Positions 10,711-20,502 are shown, numbered from the stretch's first letter. The stretch: DNA of 64,000 nucleotides from an uncultured Gammaproteobacteria bacterium (GCA_964352335.1 CAYGRO010000003.1:24798-88797), one strand, 5' to 3'. The notes: a model not told the origin generated them from the letters alone. Numbers and translations are program-made.

Positions 10711-10740
10711 AAAAGACCTGCCTTAGCAGGTCTTTTTATT
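10711..10740 (+). terminator. Intrinsic terminator, possibly bidirectional
   Basis: AAAAGACCTGC-CTTA-GCAGGTCTTTT after the DoxX stop. Confidence 0.85.
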
Positions 10741-10991
10741 TTGTTAATTTAGTTGACCCTTCTAAATGAACGTTAATAAAATTAGGGATTTCTATTTATC
10801 ACGCTCGCCGCGAGGGCCTTCATTTTTGGGCGGGCAAAAACGAAGCAAAAACCCGCTGGGGGAACTTGAGAGCTTCTTGCATGTTTTGATCATCTATTTT
10901 CTTCTCAGAAGCGCAATTCCCCCAGACCCCATAAGCACATTATTGATTTTCCCTCTATTGGAAGATCTCATTGTAATTGTAATTGTAATTG

Positions 10992-11060
10992 TACTCCTCC
11001 CCTTGCCTTTCGACCTCGAGCTCAAGACCTGAGATGTGAAGGAGGGAGTTAGGGGGGGTA
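10992..11060. repeat. C/G-tract REP-like element with nested mini-palindrome
   Basis: tactcctcccctt...aaggagggagttagggggggta, similar to 17622, 21691 and 29063. Confidence 0.7.
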
Positions 11061-11076
11061 ATTTTAAAAGCAAAGA

Positions 11077-11147
11077 CCCCAGAAGAAAAGTGAATAGCGA
11101 TTTGTGTTAGCCAATTGGCGTGACATTTCGCATCTCTTCTTCTGGGG
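11077..11147 (-). terminator. Long imperfect hairpin 3' of the GC-rich 58-aa gene
   Basis: CCCCAGAAGAA...GCCAATTGGC...TTCTTCTGGGG. Confidence 0.6.
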
Positions 11148-11188
11148 CTTACGGGGCCTGCGCACGACGAACCGGGTGGTTCACGGGC

Positions 11189-11365
11189 TCAGGCGATCTT
11201 GTTGCCGTTGGGCTTGGCGTTCTTGCTCGCGTCGGGGTTGGCCCGTCGGCGGGTCGCGAGAACTTGGTCCAACAGAAAATCGGAACGACCATCGTTGAGG
11301 GCTGCCTCGACCCGCGAGCGGGGCGGCAGGGACTTCTTGATGGCCACTTGGGTGCTTGCTTTCAT
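11189..11365 (-). CDS. GC-rich 58-aa basic hypothetical protein
   Basis: MKASTQVAIKKSLPPRSRVEAALNDGRSDFLLDQVLATRRRANPDASKNAKPNGNKIA*; AGGAGG SD and own promoter; below the ORF-track cutoff. Confidence 0.7.
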   Translation of the reverse strand: MKASTQVAIKKSLPPRSRVEAALNDGRSDFLLDQVLATRRRANPDASKNAKPNGNKIA

Positions 11366-11392
11366 GTTTAGACTCCTCCTTTGTCTGATGAC

Positions 11393-11421
11393 AGATTACC
11401 CCAAAACAGGATAATTGTCAA
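11393..11421 (-). promoter_or_regulatory. sigma70-type promoter
   Basis: TTGACA-17 bp-TAATCT upstream of the 58-aa gene. Confidence 0.75.
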
Positions 11422-11427
11422 CCGTGG

Positions 11428-11907
11428 CTACGCACCACAGTTGTCTTGGTCCGACATCCTATCTAGCACATGCAACAAGTGCATGTAGACAGCCATCCGG
11501 TATCTGTCGACGTGGTCCTGCTCCAAGGAGTGACAGAAGTACAGCTGGTCTCCTAGTCCCGCCATGTGGAAGAACAGCAGGATGCCTTCTCGGTGATTCG
11601 GATCAACGATCTCGTCGATCAAGAAAATGCGCTGGTGCATGACACCTTGCGCAGTCCTCATGATCAACGTCACTGGCTCGAAAGTCAAAGTCGGGACACG
11701 CGGGTCACCAACCCAAGCCGTTGTCAGCAAGATATCAGGAGGTGGAAACCTATCCACACCGCCGATCCCCGCCTGAATGACCACCTCACCAATCTCGTGA
11801 CTGGTTCCAGCGGTCTTGTTGTACTCAGCAACGCATCGCCGAAGCGAACGAAGGAGCTCACGGAAGACGGCTCGCCCTCCAATGATTGTAACTCGAATTT
11901 CTGCCAC
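11428..11907 (-). CDS. GC-rich hypothetical protein (159 aa)
   Basis: GTG start with GAGGGG SD and upstream promoter; no recognisable family. Confidence 0.65.
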   Translation of the reverse strand: MAEIRVTIIGGRAVFRELLRSLRRCVAEYNKTAGTSHEIGEVVIQAGIGGVDRFPPPDILLTTAWVGDPRVPTLTFEPVTLIMRTAQGVMHQRIFLIDEIVDPNHREGILLFFHMAGLGDQLYFCHSLEQDHVDRYRMAVYMHLLHVLDRMSDQDNCGA

Positions 11908-12013
11908 TTTATATCCCCTCAGAATAGTGGTTTAATGTATTGCCAGCAAACCATTTGCTAGCTGATAAAACAAGTCCTCTGGGAACAGAGAACTTGCTGT
12001 ATCAGTAAAGATT

Positions 12014-12042
12014 ACTATAGCACAAAAAGCCACTTTAGTCAA
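12014..12042 (-). promoter_or_regulatory. sigma70-type promoter
   Basis: TTGACT-17 bp-TATAGT, followed by a leader with two hairpins (11940-12006). Confidence 0.7.
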
Positions 12043-12067
12043 TAAGTTATTGACTTTATTTGATCTT

Positions 12068-13078
12068 TTATTTCTTCAATTTCTTCCCCACTTCTGCAAC
12101 CATTTCAATCAAACGATTTGAATATCCCCATTCATTATCATACCAAGCAACTACTTTGACCATATCGCCATCAACCACCTTGGTAAGACTTAAATCGACA
12201 ATACTAGAATGTGGGTCACCAATAATATCGCTAGAAACGATAGGATCTGTTGTTGTGGTTAAAATATGTTTATACAAAGGATGTTCTGCTGCTTTTTTAA
12301 TTACTTCATTCACCTCTTCTACCGTAACGGATTTTTTTAATAAAAAGGTAAAATCAGATAAAGACCCAACAGCAACTGGAACACGAATAGATATTCCATC
12401 GAAAATACCTTGAAGCTCTGGAATCGTTTTGCCTGTTGCAATGGCAGCACCTGTAGACGTTGGAATAATATTTTGCGCAGCCGATCTCCCTCTACGCATA
12501 TCTTTATGTGGCCCATCTACCAATGCTTGGTCAGCAGTATAAGCGTGGATAGTTGTCATCATTGCTTTGGCTACACCAAAATTATTATTCATAATAGCTG
12601 CAACTGGAGCGATACAATTGGTAGTACAAGAAGCATTATCGATAATGAGATTATTGGCGTTATTATCTTGGTCATTTACTCCAAGCACAAATGTTTTTAC
12701 ATTCCCCCCTTTATTGGGAGCAGAAATCACAACACGTTTTGCCCCTGCATCTAAATGTTGCTTTGCACCTTCTTCATCTCTAAATACACCAGTACATTCA
12801 ATAACAACATCGATATCTAACTCTTTCCATGGCAATTGTTTAGGGTCTCGCTCTGAATACGTTAAAATCTTTTTCCCATTTACCGTAATATCGTCATCTG
12901 TAGAAGTAACTTCATGTTTATACCGACCATAAACTGTATCGTATTTTAATAAATAGGCAATAGAATCATTAGGAGCTAAATCATTAACTGCAACAAATTC
13001 TACATCGTCACGATCGAAACCAGCCTTAAAGACGTTTCGACCAATTCGGCCAAAGCCATTGATAGCAATGCGGATCAT
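12068..13078 (-). CDS. gap: Type I glyceraldehyde-3-phosphate dehydrogenase
   Basis: INGFGRIGR, NASCTTNC, WYDNEWGYS. Confidence 0.97.
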   Translation of the reverse strand: MIRIAINGFGRIGRNVFKAGFDRDDVEFVAVNDLAPNDSIAYLLKYDTVYGRYKHEVTSTDDDITVNGKKILTYSERDPKQLPWKELDIDVVIECTGVFRDEEGAKQHLDAGAKRVVISAPNKGGNVKTFVLGVNDQDNNANNLIIDNASCTTNCIAPVAAIMNNNFGVAKAMMTTIHAYTADQALVDGPHKDMRRGRSAAQNIIPTSTGAAIATGKTIPELQGIFDGISIRVPVAVGSLSDFTFLLKKSVTVEEVNEVIKKAAEHPLYKHILTTTTDPIVSSDIIGDPHSSIVDLSLTKVVDGDMVKVVAWYDNEWGYSNRLIEMVAEVGKKLKK

Positions 13079-13149
13079 AGAAAAAAATCAAATATAAAAG
13101 AGGCTTATTACAGCCTCTAGTATATCATAATTACTTATGCTTGATGAAT

Positions 13150-14934
13150 TTATTCTTCTAAATTTGCTACTTTTCGAATTCCAATAGGCGTTGCTTCATA
13201 ATGCCCAGGAACATAGATCTTACTATATTTTGTATAAGATCCGTAAAGTGTAAAGCTAATTACATAACCTTTCCCACCAAGTGCAGAATCATAAATGATA
13301 TGACTTGTAGGAGCTCCGGATTTGATATTGTCTAAGAAGACACGTCCAGTATTAGATTCAGGATGGAAACCACCATTTTCTGTTAAACGGTTTCGTCCAT
13401 TTTCACCTAATGCAACTGCATTGTCTCGCAATTCTGGATATCCACCACCTACATAGGCTGAATAATCATTTAAAGCAGAGATAATATGTTCTACTTGTGT
13501 AACAATGCGTTCAGCTTCTTTATTTACATCTACACCTTCTAGGTCAAAGACGAAGAATGGGTCACCAAGTTGATCGTACTGTTCTTGGTTTAAGAGTCCC
13601 CATTTAGAAGTCATATAATAGGTTCCAGCAGGTAATACTCCATAGTCTGTTGTCTCTAATTCTTCAGGCAAATTGAATTGCATGATTCCATTTCCTTCTG
13701 CATCTACGATAAAAGCAAAATGATTGAAGTAGAAATTAAAGAATTCATCTGTGAAATCTGACCATACCCAGAATGTTTCTTCTGTTTGATCTAATGTAAA
13801 GCCATCTTTAGTAAGATAAATAGCTTGTCCATATTCGAAAATATTTTCTAGCCATTGTGTACCAACATAATATTCATTGGCTGCATAGAATTGTTCATAA
13901 GCAGTCCATAATGATTGAGAGAATTCCCAACCATAAACAGAATTTGTATAGTCGTCAGCACGTAATGTTGATTTAATTTCGTCTAAATCTAAACGATTAT
14001 CTTTATTTTTTTGTAAGAGATCATCTTTTAATTTGTATTGATCTGAATTTACTAGATTTAAACCAGTAACAAAGTAATAAGTACCAGGAGCCAGTGTTCC
14101 ATAGTTTGGAGTATTCACTGATGCTGGTAAATAAAATTTCATTGTTGCATCTCCTGTTTCTGGATTTACATCAAAACTGAAATCATTTGTATACATTTTA
14201 TAGAATTCTGCAGAAAAGTTTTCCCATTGCCAATATGTTACTTGCGCATCAGTATCAAGAGTAAATCCTTTTTCTGTTAATGTAATCGCTTGGTTCCAAC
14301 CTAAAACATTGTCGAACCATTTAATATCTGGGTAATGATTATGATCTCGTTTAAATGATTCATATCCACGCCAAAGAGTATTTGCAAATTCCCAACCAAG
14401 TTCAGCACTTGCATAGTTTACTTGCGATACATTTGATTCAATTTGGTCTAAAGAGAAAACACGTCCTTGTGTAGGAACTTGTCCTAAATTTTCTAAGGTA
14501 ATCCCTAAAGCAACACCTTTCACTTGTTCATAGGTTTTTTCACCTGTTCCAAGATAATGTCTTGCATTTGTATGCGGGTTTACAAACCAAACTTCACCAT
14601 GATTTTCTACAGCTAAAAGGAATTGTCCTTTTAATCGATTCAATAAAGCTGGGTCTTGAGCTTTTTGACCAGGCAAAGGAAGTTTTGCTAAATCGGCATT
14701 AGAAATACCAATCATGCGGTCTTTAATAAGCATCCAAGCATTTGTGGCATCTGGAATATAAATACGTGTCCCATTTTCTGGGCTTACATACCAAATTTTA
14801 CCTCGATCTTGTACAGACAAAAGAAAGTGTCCTTTTAGACGCTCACTCAAATTAGTACTTTCGGCTGCAAATGTAGGTGCTACTGAGGTAAATACAGTCA
14901 TCACCGCTAAAGCAGCAAATACAATACGTTTCAT
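13150..14934 (-). CDS. Secreted/surface protein with CPR-type 'RLKG..LL.V...G..WYV.P' repeats and an internal duplication
   Basis: Signal peptide ending TFA/AE; two copies of the RLKG...W(Y/F)V.P motif; two ~125-aa GWEF...GTYY repeats. Confidence 0.7.
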   Translation of the reverse strand: MKRIVFAALAVMTVFTSVAPTFAAESTNLSERLKGHFLLSVQDRGKIWYVSPENGTRIYIPDATNAWMLIKDRMIGISNADLAKLPLPGQKAQDPALLNRLKGQFLLAVENHGEVWFVNPHTNARHYLGTGEKTYEQVKGVALGITLENLGQVPTQGRVFSLDQIESNVSQVNYASAELGWEFANTLWRGYESFKRDHNHYPDIKWFDNVLGWNQAITLTEKGFTLDTDAQVTYWQWENFSAEFYKMYTNDFSFDVNPETGDATMKFYLPASVNTPNYGTLAPGTYYFVTGLNLVNSDQYKLKDDLLQKNKDNRLDLDEIKSTLRADDYTNSVYGWEFSQSLWTAYEQFYAANEYYVGTQWLENIFEYGQAIYLTKDGFTLDQTEETFWVWSDFTDEFFNFYFNHFAFIVDAEGNGIMQFNLPEELETTDYGVLPAGTYYMTSKWGLLNQEQYDQLGDPFFVFDLEGVDVNKEAERIVTQVEHIISALNDYSAYVGGGYPELRDNAVALGENGRNRLTENGGFHPESNTGRVFLDNIKSGAPTSHIIYDSALGGKGYVISFTLYGSYTKYSKIYVPGHYEATPIGIRKVANLEE

Positions 14935-14998
14935 AGTTCTTTTTGCTAATAATCAACTAATTTCGAAACATTACCACATAATCTTAAAAATGTCAAGT

Positions 14999-15035
14999 AA
15001 TGAAAAGACCCCCAATTTGCAGGAGGTCTTTCATT
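14999..15035 (-). terminator. Terminator after tsf
   Basis: aatgaaaagacc...ggtctttcatt hairpin; promoter TTGACA-17-TAATGT for the next gene lies at 14968-14996. Confidence 0.65.
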
Positions 15036-15049
15036 GTGTTTTTCGCTAA

Positions 15050-15643
15050 TTAGAGCGAAAAACGAGTATATTGAGCAAGAGTAATATTTTCTCCAAGTAC
15101 TGCAATTGCATTTTGGATAAGCTCTTCAATAGTCTTAGAGTCATCTTTGATAAAAGGTTGTTTTAAAAGGACTTTTTCTTCATAAAACTTCCCTAATTTC
15201 CCTTCTACAATCTTTTCTAGCATTTCCTCTGGTTTCCCTTCTTTTCTTAAGATTTCCATTTGAATTTCTTTTTCTTTCCCTAAAGCATCTTGTGGAACAT
15301 CTTCTACATTAAGCCATTCTGGGTCAGAGGCTGCTACATGCATAGCAATATCTTTCGCTAAGGTTTGGAATCGTTCATTTCGGGCAACAAAGTCCGTTTC
15401 GCAATTTAATACGATTAAAGAACCAACTTTTCCACCAGCGTGGATATAAGCTTCTACTGTACCTTCATGTGTTTCTCGATCAGCTTTTTTTGCTGCTTTT
15501 GCAGCTCCAGCTTTTCGTAAAACATCGATTGCTTTTTCAATATCTTTACCTGCTTCTTCATAGGCTTTTTTAGCAGCCATAAGTCCGGCACCAGTACGAG
15601 CACGTAATTCAGTTACTTTTTTAATATCTTCATTCATAGTCAT
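15050..15643 (-). CDS. tsf: Elongation factor Ts (short form)
   Basis: LRARTGAG, LNCETDFVA, IAMHVAA, LLKQPFIKD; downstream of rpsB. Confidence 0.95.
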   Translation of the reverse strand: MTMNEDIKKVTELRARTGAGLMAAKKAYEEAGKDIEKAIDVLRKAGAAKAAKKADRETHEGTVEAYIHAGGKVGSLIVLNCETDFVARNERFQTLAKDIAMHVAASDPEWLNVEDVPQDALGKEKEIQMEILRKEGKPEEMLEKIVEGKLGKFYEEKVLLKQPFIKDDSKTIEELIQNAIAVLGENITLAQYTRFSL

Positions 15644-15766
15644 GGTTCATGGGGCATGATTCATGAGACATAATCAATACACCATTTTAATTTTTATTAC
15701 AGATTCATAGGACAGTACATGAAACACTGGAATAAACCATGTATCATGCACCATGAATTGTTTGTT

Positions 15767-16543
15767 TTATTTTGCTTCTTTTTTTGGAGCTGTTTTCTTT
15801 GCTACTGGCTTTGTAGGTTTACTCACTTGTGCTTTTGCTGCTTTAGCTGGAACGATTTTTCGTTTCTTTTTTCCAGTAGCACAAGCTTCTGCAACTAATT
15901 TTACGATCATTTCTACTCCTTTAGTAGCATCATCATTAGCTGGAATAACATGTTTAACTGTTGTTGGGTTTACATTTGAATCACAAATAGCCACAACAGG
16001 AATTTTCATTACATTCGCTTCTTTTAGCGCTGTTTTTTCTATTCGAATATCTACAATGAAAACAATTTTAGGCATTCGGTCTAGGCTCACTAAACCAGCT
16101 ACTGAACCATCTAATTTGTCTACTTCTTTTTGTAAAAGAATTTGTTCTTTTTTTGTATATTTATCCCACTCACCGGCTTTCTTTTGCTTTTGTAAGTCTA
16201 CATATCGGCGAATAGATTTTTTTACTTCAGAAAAGTTGGTAAGCATTCCCCCAATCCATCGAGATCGGATATAAGGCATTTCTGCTTGTTTTGCATATTC
16301 TTCAATAATCGGTCGTGCTTGTGATTTTGTTCCTACAAAAAGAACATCACCACCATCTGCAACAGTTTTTTCGATAAACTTTAGAGACTCTTCTAAGTTT
16401 TTTTGCGTCTTTTTAAGATCGAAGATATGCAACCCATTTCGAGTTGTATATAAATATGATGCCATTTTAGGATGCCATCGATTTGTTTGATGCCCAAAAT
16501 GCATTCCTGCTTTGAGCATTTCTTCCATAGTTGGAATATTCAT
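15767..16543 (-). CDS. rpsB: 30S ribosomal protein S2
   Basis: AGMHFGH, WHPKM, FVGTK, RWIGGMLTN, IPANDD; start at MNIPT. Confidence 0.97.
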   Translation of the reverse strand: MNIPTMEEMLKAGMHFGHQTNRWHPKMASYLYTTRNGLHIFDLKKTQKNLEESLKFIEKTVADGGDVLFVGTKSQARPIIEEYAKQAEMPYIRSRWIGGMLTNFSEVKKSIRRYVDLQKQKKAGEWDKYTKKEQILLQKEVDKLDGSVAGLVSLDRMPKIVFIVDIRIEKTALKEANVMKIPVVAICDSNVNPTTVKHVIPANDDATKGVEMIVKLVAEACATGKKKRKIVPAKAAKAQVSKPTKPVAKKTAPKKEAK

Positions 16544-16563
16544 AAAGTTTTCCTTTTTACGTC

Positions 16564-16704
16564 TATAGCTTTTCTTTGGGACCAATAAAAATTGGCAGGG
16601 CCAAAGATATTAGAAGCTATATGTTTGATTAGTTAAGAAAAACCAATGGGCTAAATTCCCAATTGGTTGAGTAAAATACTACCTAAAATAACTGTATTTG
16701 GCAA
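16564..16704 (-). promoter_or_regulatory. rpsB promoter and structured 5' leader
   Basis: TTGCCA-17-TAGTAT at about 16676-16704; long hairpin TATAGCTTTTCTTTGG...CCAAAGA...AGAAGCTATA at 16565-16621; S2 autoregulatory leaders are known in other bacteria. Confidence 0.55.
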
Positions 16705-16727
16705 GATCTAGGCAAGAAGAGTATTTT

Positions 16728-17351
16728 CTAGCTTAATATACGTTGAATTTCTGGAATCATCTGTAAAGGGCTCGTAATAACAGCATTTGGATTTCCTGTG
16801 ACTAAATGCGCCTCAGGATGAAACCCCCAAGCCACACCAAGCGAAGAAATGCCTACTTTTTGCGCTTCACGTATATCGCCTAAAGTATCAGTAATAAATA
16901 AGGCATGAGACTTATTAACTTCTTTCTCATCGAGCACTCGCTGTATTTTTACAACTTTACTTTTATGAACATCTGCACCAAGTACTTGCTCAAAATAGTT
17001 CAATAAACCATGTTTATCTAAAAATTTTTGAACAGACGCATTTAATGAAGAGGAAATAATCATCATCTTATATTCATTAGAAAGCTCTTTGACAATCTCA
17101 ACTACCCCTTCTACAGGATTTAAGTTGATTAATTCTTTTGTATAATCAATAAACCAAGGATCATCAGATGGAATTTTGTCTTCATTTTTGTCATGTGAAA
17201 CTGAGGCTTCATAGACATTTCCATTAAAAAATTCACGATACATTTTACGAGTGAGCCCTGGTTTGTCATGAAATTTTTGAGAAATAGAAAAACATAATTC
17301 AAATGAATCTACAATCACTCCATCAAAATCAAATAAAAGATGTTTTTTCAT
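16728..17351 (-). CDS. HAD-family hydrolase
   Basis: FDFDGVIVDS, ITDTLGDI, VAWGF; paralog of 5941-6567. Confidence 0.88.
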   Translation of the reverse strand: MKKHLLFDFDGVIVDSFELCFSISQKFHDKPGLTRKMYREFFNGNVYEASVSHDKNEDKIPSDDPWFIDYTKELINLNPVEGVVEIVKELSNEYKMMIISSSLNASVQKFLDKHGLLNYFEQVLGADVHKSKVVKIQRVLDEKEVNKSHALFITDTLGDIREAQKVGISSLGVAWGFHPEAHLVTGNPNAVITSPLQMIPEIQRILS

Positions 17352-17353
17352 AC

Positions 17354-17509
17354 TTATTCTAAATCAAACTCTTGTTGCTCCCCACACCAAGGACAAAGCC
17401 AGTCTGTTTTATTTTCATCTGCATCTCCAATGGACCACCATTTAACGCAGTCAAGGCATTGAAAATGAAATAAGACCTCTTTAGATACTTGCCCTTTTTT
17501 CAATTCCAT
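17354..17509 (-). CDS. 51-aa zinc-ribbon protein
   Basis: MELKKGQVSKEVLFHFQCLDCVKWWSIGDADENKTDWLCPWCGEQQEFDLE*; CxxC and CPxCG; tightly packed between neighbours. Confidence 0.7.
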   Translation of the reverse strand: MELKKGQVSKEVLFHFQCLDCVKWWSIGDADENKTDWLCPWCGEQQEFDLE

Positions 17510-17513
17510 AGCT

Positions 17514-17609
17514 TTACTGAAAAAACTTTTGATAGACTGAATACCCCATATCTAGCAAGATAAGTAATACAATGAGCATGATAATTGCTTTTGCTTTTTG
17601 GTTAGACAT
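17514..17609 (-). CDS. 31-aa single-TM peptide
   Basis: MSNQKAKAIIMLIVLLILLDMGYSVYQKFFQ*; fills the gap in operon orientation. Confidence 0.5.
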   Translation of the reverse strand: MSNQKAKAIIMLIVLLILLDMGYSVYQKFFQ

Positions 17610-17621
17610 GGGTTTATCACA

Positions 17622-17714
17622 TACCTCTCCCCAGCCCTCTCCTTAGCAAGGAGAGGGAGGAACAGAGATCGAGTACTTCCCCCTCCTAGAGTAGGAGGGG
17701 GTTAGGGGGAGGTA
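17622..17714. repeat. C/G-tract double-hairpin REP-like element
   Basis: tacctctccccagccctctccttagcaaggagaggg...ccccctcctagagtaggagggggttagggggaggta. Confidence 0.8.
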
Positions 17715-17717
17715 ACA

Positions 17718-20459
17718 TTACCCCCCATGACATTTTTTATACTTCTTCCCACTTCCACAAGGACAAGCATCATTTCTTCCTACTTTTTCAAAGTCATGCC
17801 CACCTGAATCGTGGTTTTGTTCTTTAGACGCTTCTCCAACAACGGCACCACCGGCAGAAGTTTTAGCAGGAGCAGAGAGAATTCCTCCTCCAGCTTGTTC
17901 AAGAATAGATTTTTGATCTTGTAATTGGGCTCGTACTTTAAAGATTGAGTACACAACCGTTTTTTGAATTTCTTTAAGCAAACCATTAAAGATTCTAAAC
18001 CCTTCTTTTTTATATTCCACCAATGGATCTCGTTGACCATACCCACGTAAACCAATACTCCCTCGTAAGGCATCCATGGTTTCTAAATGACCAACCCAAA
18101 GGTTATCGATTGTTCGGAGTAATAATTGTTTTTCTACATCTCTAAAGGCGCCTTCTTCGCCAACGGTTTCTTCTAGATGTTTTTCTACTTGAACGTAGAT
18201 AGCTTCTGCAATCCCATACAAATACGCGACTAATTTTTGTGCAATTTCATTCAGCACAATAGCTGATTCTGTTTTTTCTGGATTTGGCAATGCTTTGATT
18301 TTATCTATAGATAATTGTTGTTCTGCAGATAATGGATACATGGTTAAAACTGTTTCGTAAATTTCTTTTAGATTCCAGTTTGATGGATCATTATCTTGTG
18401 TATGCGCAGAAACAACGTCTTCTAGTTCCATGCGAATCATTTCTAAAACACGATTACGAGTAATTTCTGGTTTTTCTTGTGCATCGAGCAAAATTTCTCG
18501 GCGTTTTGCATAAATAACGGTCCGTTGTTTATTTAATACATCGTCGTATTGCACAACATGTTTACGGATATCGTAATTATTTGTTTCTACCCGTTTTTGC
18601 GCTTCTGTTAATGACCGAGAAACCATTTTATTTTCGATTGGCATATCTTCTGGAAGTTTGAGCGTTTCCATCATTTTACGCATACGGTCAGAAGCAAAAA
18701 TACGCATTAATTCGTCTTCCATAGACACATAAAACTGAGACATCCCAGGATCTCCTTGTCGCCCTGCACGTCCACGAAGCTGGTTATCGATACGTCGAGA
18801 TTCATGTCGTTCTGTCCCAATTACATGTAAACCACCAAGAGCTAAAACTTCTTTTTCTGTTAACTCATCTTTTGGCGCACCACCTAAAATAATGTCTACA
18901 CCACGACCTGCCATATTCGTAGCAATCGTCACAGAACCTGGTTTACCAGCTTGTGAAATAATAGAAGCTTCTCGTTCATGGTTTTTTGCATTCAACATTT
19001 CAAAAGGAATCCCTTCTTTCGTTAACAAACCAGAAAGCAATTCGTTTTTTTCAATAGAAGCTGTACCAACCAAAACTGGTTTCTTTTCTTCATGAAGCCG
19101 TTTAATTTCTTTTACAACAGCATTATATTTTCCAACCTCATTTTTATAAACACGGTCAACTTTATCGTCTCTTTGAATTGGTTTATTGGTTGGAATCACG
19201 GTTGTTTCTAAACCATAAATTTGTCTAAACTCTTCTGCCTCTGTCACAGCAGTACCTGTCATTCCTCCTAGTTTTTCGTAGATTCTAAAATAATTTTGGA
19301 AAGTAATCGTCGCAAGCGTTTTACTTTCTCTTTGGATTTGTACATTTTCTTTGGCTTCAATTGCTTGGTGCAAACCTTGAGAATAGCGTCGTCCTTCCAT
19401 TAAACGACCAGTGAATTCATCTACAATTAATACTTCTCCATTGCGAACAACATAATCTTTATCCTTTTTAAAGAGAGATTCTGCTCGTAAAGCATTTTCT
19501 AAATGGTGAATAGATTTAATACTTTTTTGTACATACAAATTCTCTACACCTAATGATTTTTCTACCTTTGCAATACCAGCCTCCGTTAAAGATGCAGCCC
19601 TTCGTTTTTCGTCTAGATTATAGTCTGTATCTTTAATCAATGTTTTAGCAATTTTAGCAAAGGTATAATATTCATCTGTAGACTCGGCATCTGGGGCGGA
19701 AATAATTAAAGGAGTTCTCGCTTCATCAATTAAAATACTGTCTACTTCGTCGACAATGGCATAAGATAAATCTCTTTGTACCATTCGCTCTGCTGTTGGA
19801 GCCATATTGTCACGCAAGTAGTCAAAACCAAATTCATTATTGGTTCCATAGGTTACATCAGCATTATAAGCTTCCTTTCGTTCACATTTTTTTAAATAAA
19901 CCTCTTCTATTTCTACTCCTTGATCTCTTACTTCATCGTCAGCTTCTGTCGCTCCATCTTCTGAATAAATATATGCTTGCGCATGCCCGATTGCCCCAAC
20001 CGTCATTCCTAGTTTTGCAAAAATTTGTCCCATCCATTCAGCATCACGTTTTGCCAAGTAATCATTGACAGTAACAAGGTGAACACCTTTTCCTGTAAGC
20101 GCATTTAAGTAAACAGGCGATGTTGAAGTTAATGTTTTTCCTTCCCCTGTTCTCATTTCGGCTACTTCTCCACGATGCAAAACAATCCCACCAACAAGCT
20201 GAACGTCATAATGACGTTGACCAAGCGTTCGTTTAGCAGCTTCCCGAACGGTTGCAAAAGCTTCTGGGAGTAGATCATCTAATGTTTCACCCTTTGCTAA
20301 ACGTTCTTTAAACTCTACAGTCTTTCCTTTTAATTGTTCATCAGAAAGAGCAATAAAATCTGGTTCGAGACCATTAATTTTATCGATAGTTGGTTGTAAT
20401 TTTTTAACGTATTTTTTATTAACATCTCCAACAAATACTTTTTCTAGTAATTTCTTCAT
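17718..20459 (-). CDS. secA: Preprotein translocase ATPase SecA
   Basis: EMRTGEGKT, DEVDSILIDEART, ATNMAGRG, QLRGRAGRQGDPG, SEC-C motif CPCGSGKKYKKCH. Confidence 0.98.
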   Translation of the reverse strand: MKKLLEKVFVGDVNKKYVKKLQPTIDKINGLEPDFIALSDEQLKGKTVEFKERLAKGETLDDLLPEAFATVREAAKRTLGQRHYDVQLVGGIVLHRGEVAEMRTGEGKTLTSTSPVYLNALTGKGVHLVTVNDYLAKRDAEWMGQIFAKLGMTVGAIGHAQAYIYSEDGATEADDEVRDQGVEIEEVYLKKCERKEAYNADVTYGTNNEFGFDYLRDNMAPTAERMVQRDLSYAIVDEVDSILIDEARTPLIISAPDAESTDEYYTFAKIAKTLIKDTDYNLDEKRRAASLTEAGIAKVEKSLGVENLYVQKSIKSIHHLENALRAESLFKKDKDYVVRNGEVLIVDEFTGRLMEGRRYSQGLHQAIEAKENVQIQRESKTLATITFQNYFRIYEKLGGMTGTAVTEAEEFRQIYGLETTVIPTNKPIQRDDKVDRVYKNEVGKYNAVVKEIKRLHEEKKPVLVGTASIEKNELLSGLLTKEGIPFEMLNAKNHEREASIISQAGKPGSVTIATNMAGRGVDIILGGAPKDELTEKEVLALGGLHVIGTERHESRRIDNQLRGRAGRQGDPGMSQFYVSMEDELMRIFASDRMRKMMETLKLPEDMPIENKMVSRSLTEAQKRVETNNYDIRKHVVQYDDVLNKQRTVIYAKRREILLDAQEKPEITRNRVLEMIRMELEDVVSAHTQDNDPSNWNLKEIYETVLTMYPLSAEQQLSIDKIKALPNPEKTESAIVLNEIAQKLVAYLYGIAEAIYVQVEKHLEETVGEEGAFRDVEKQLLLRTIDNLWVGHLETMDALRGSIGLRGYGQRDPLVEYKKEGFRIFNGLLKEIQKTVVYSIFKVRAQLQDQKSILEQAGGGILSAPAKTSAGGAVVGEASKEQNHDSGGHDFEKVGRNDACPCGSGKKYKKCHGG

Positions 20460-20502
20460 AAATAGGGTTGGTCGATAAAGACTGAGTTTATGGATTTAGT
20501 GT

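Noticed and set aside
10970-10993. (ATTGTA)4 microsatellite and the 88-aa ORF 10766-11032
   Set aside because: The ORF is built from repeat sequence with no protein-like features; the short tandem has no evident function.
11104-11961. Several plus-strand ORFs in the GC-rich patch
   Set aside because: Promoters and SD sites point to the minus strand; long shadow ORFs are expected at high GC.
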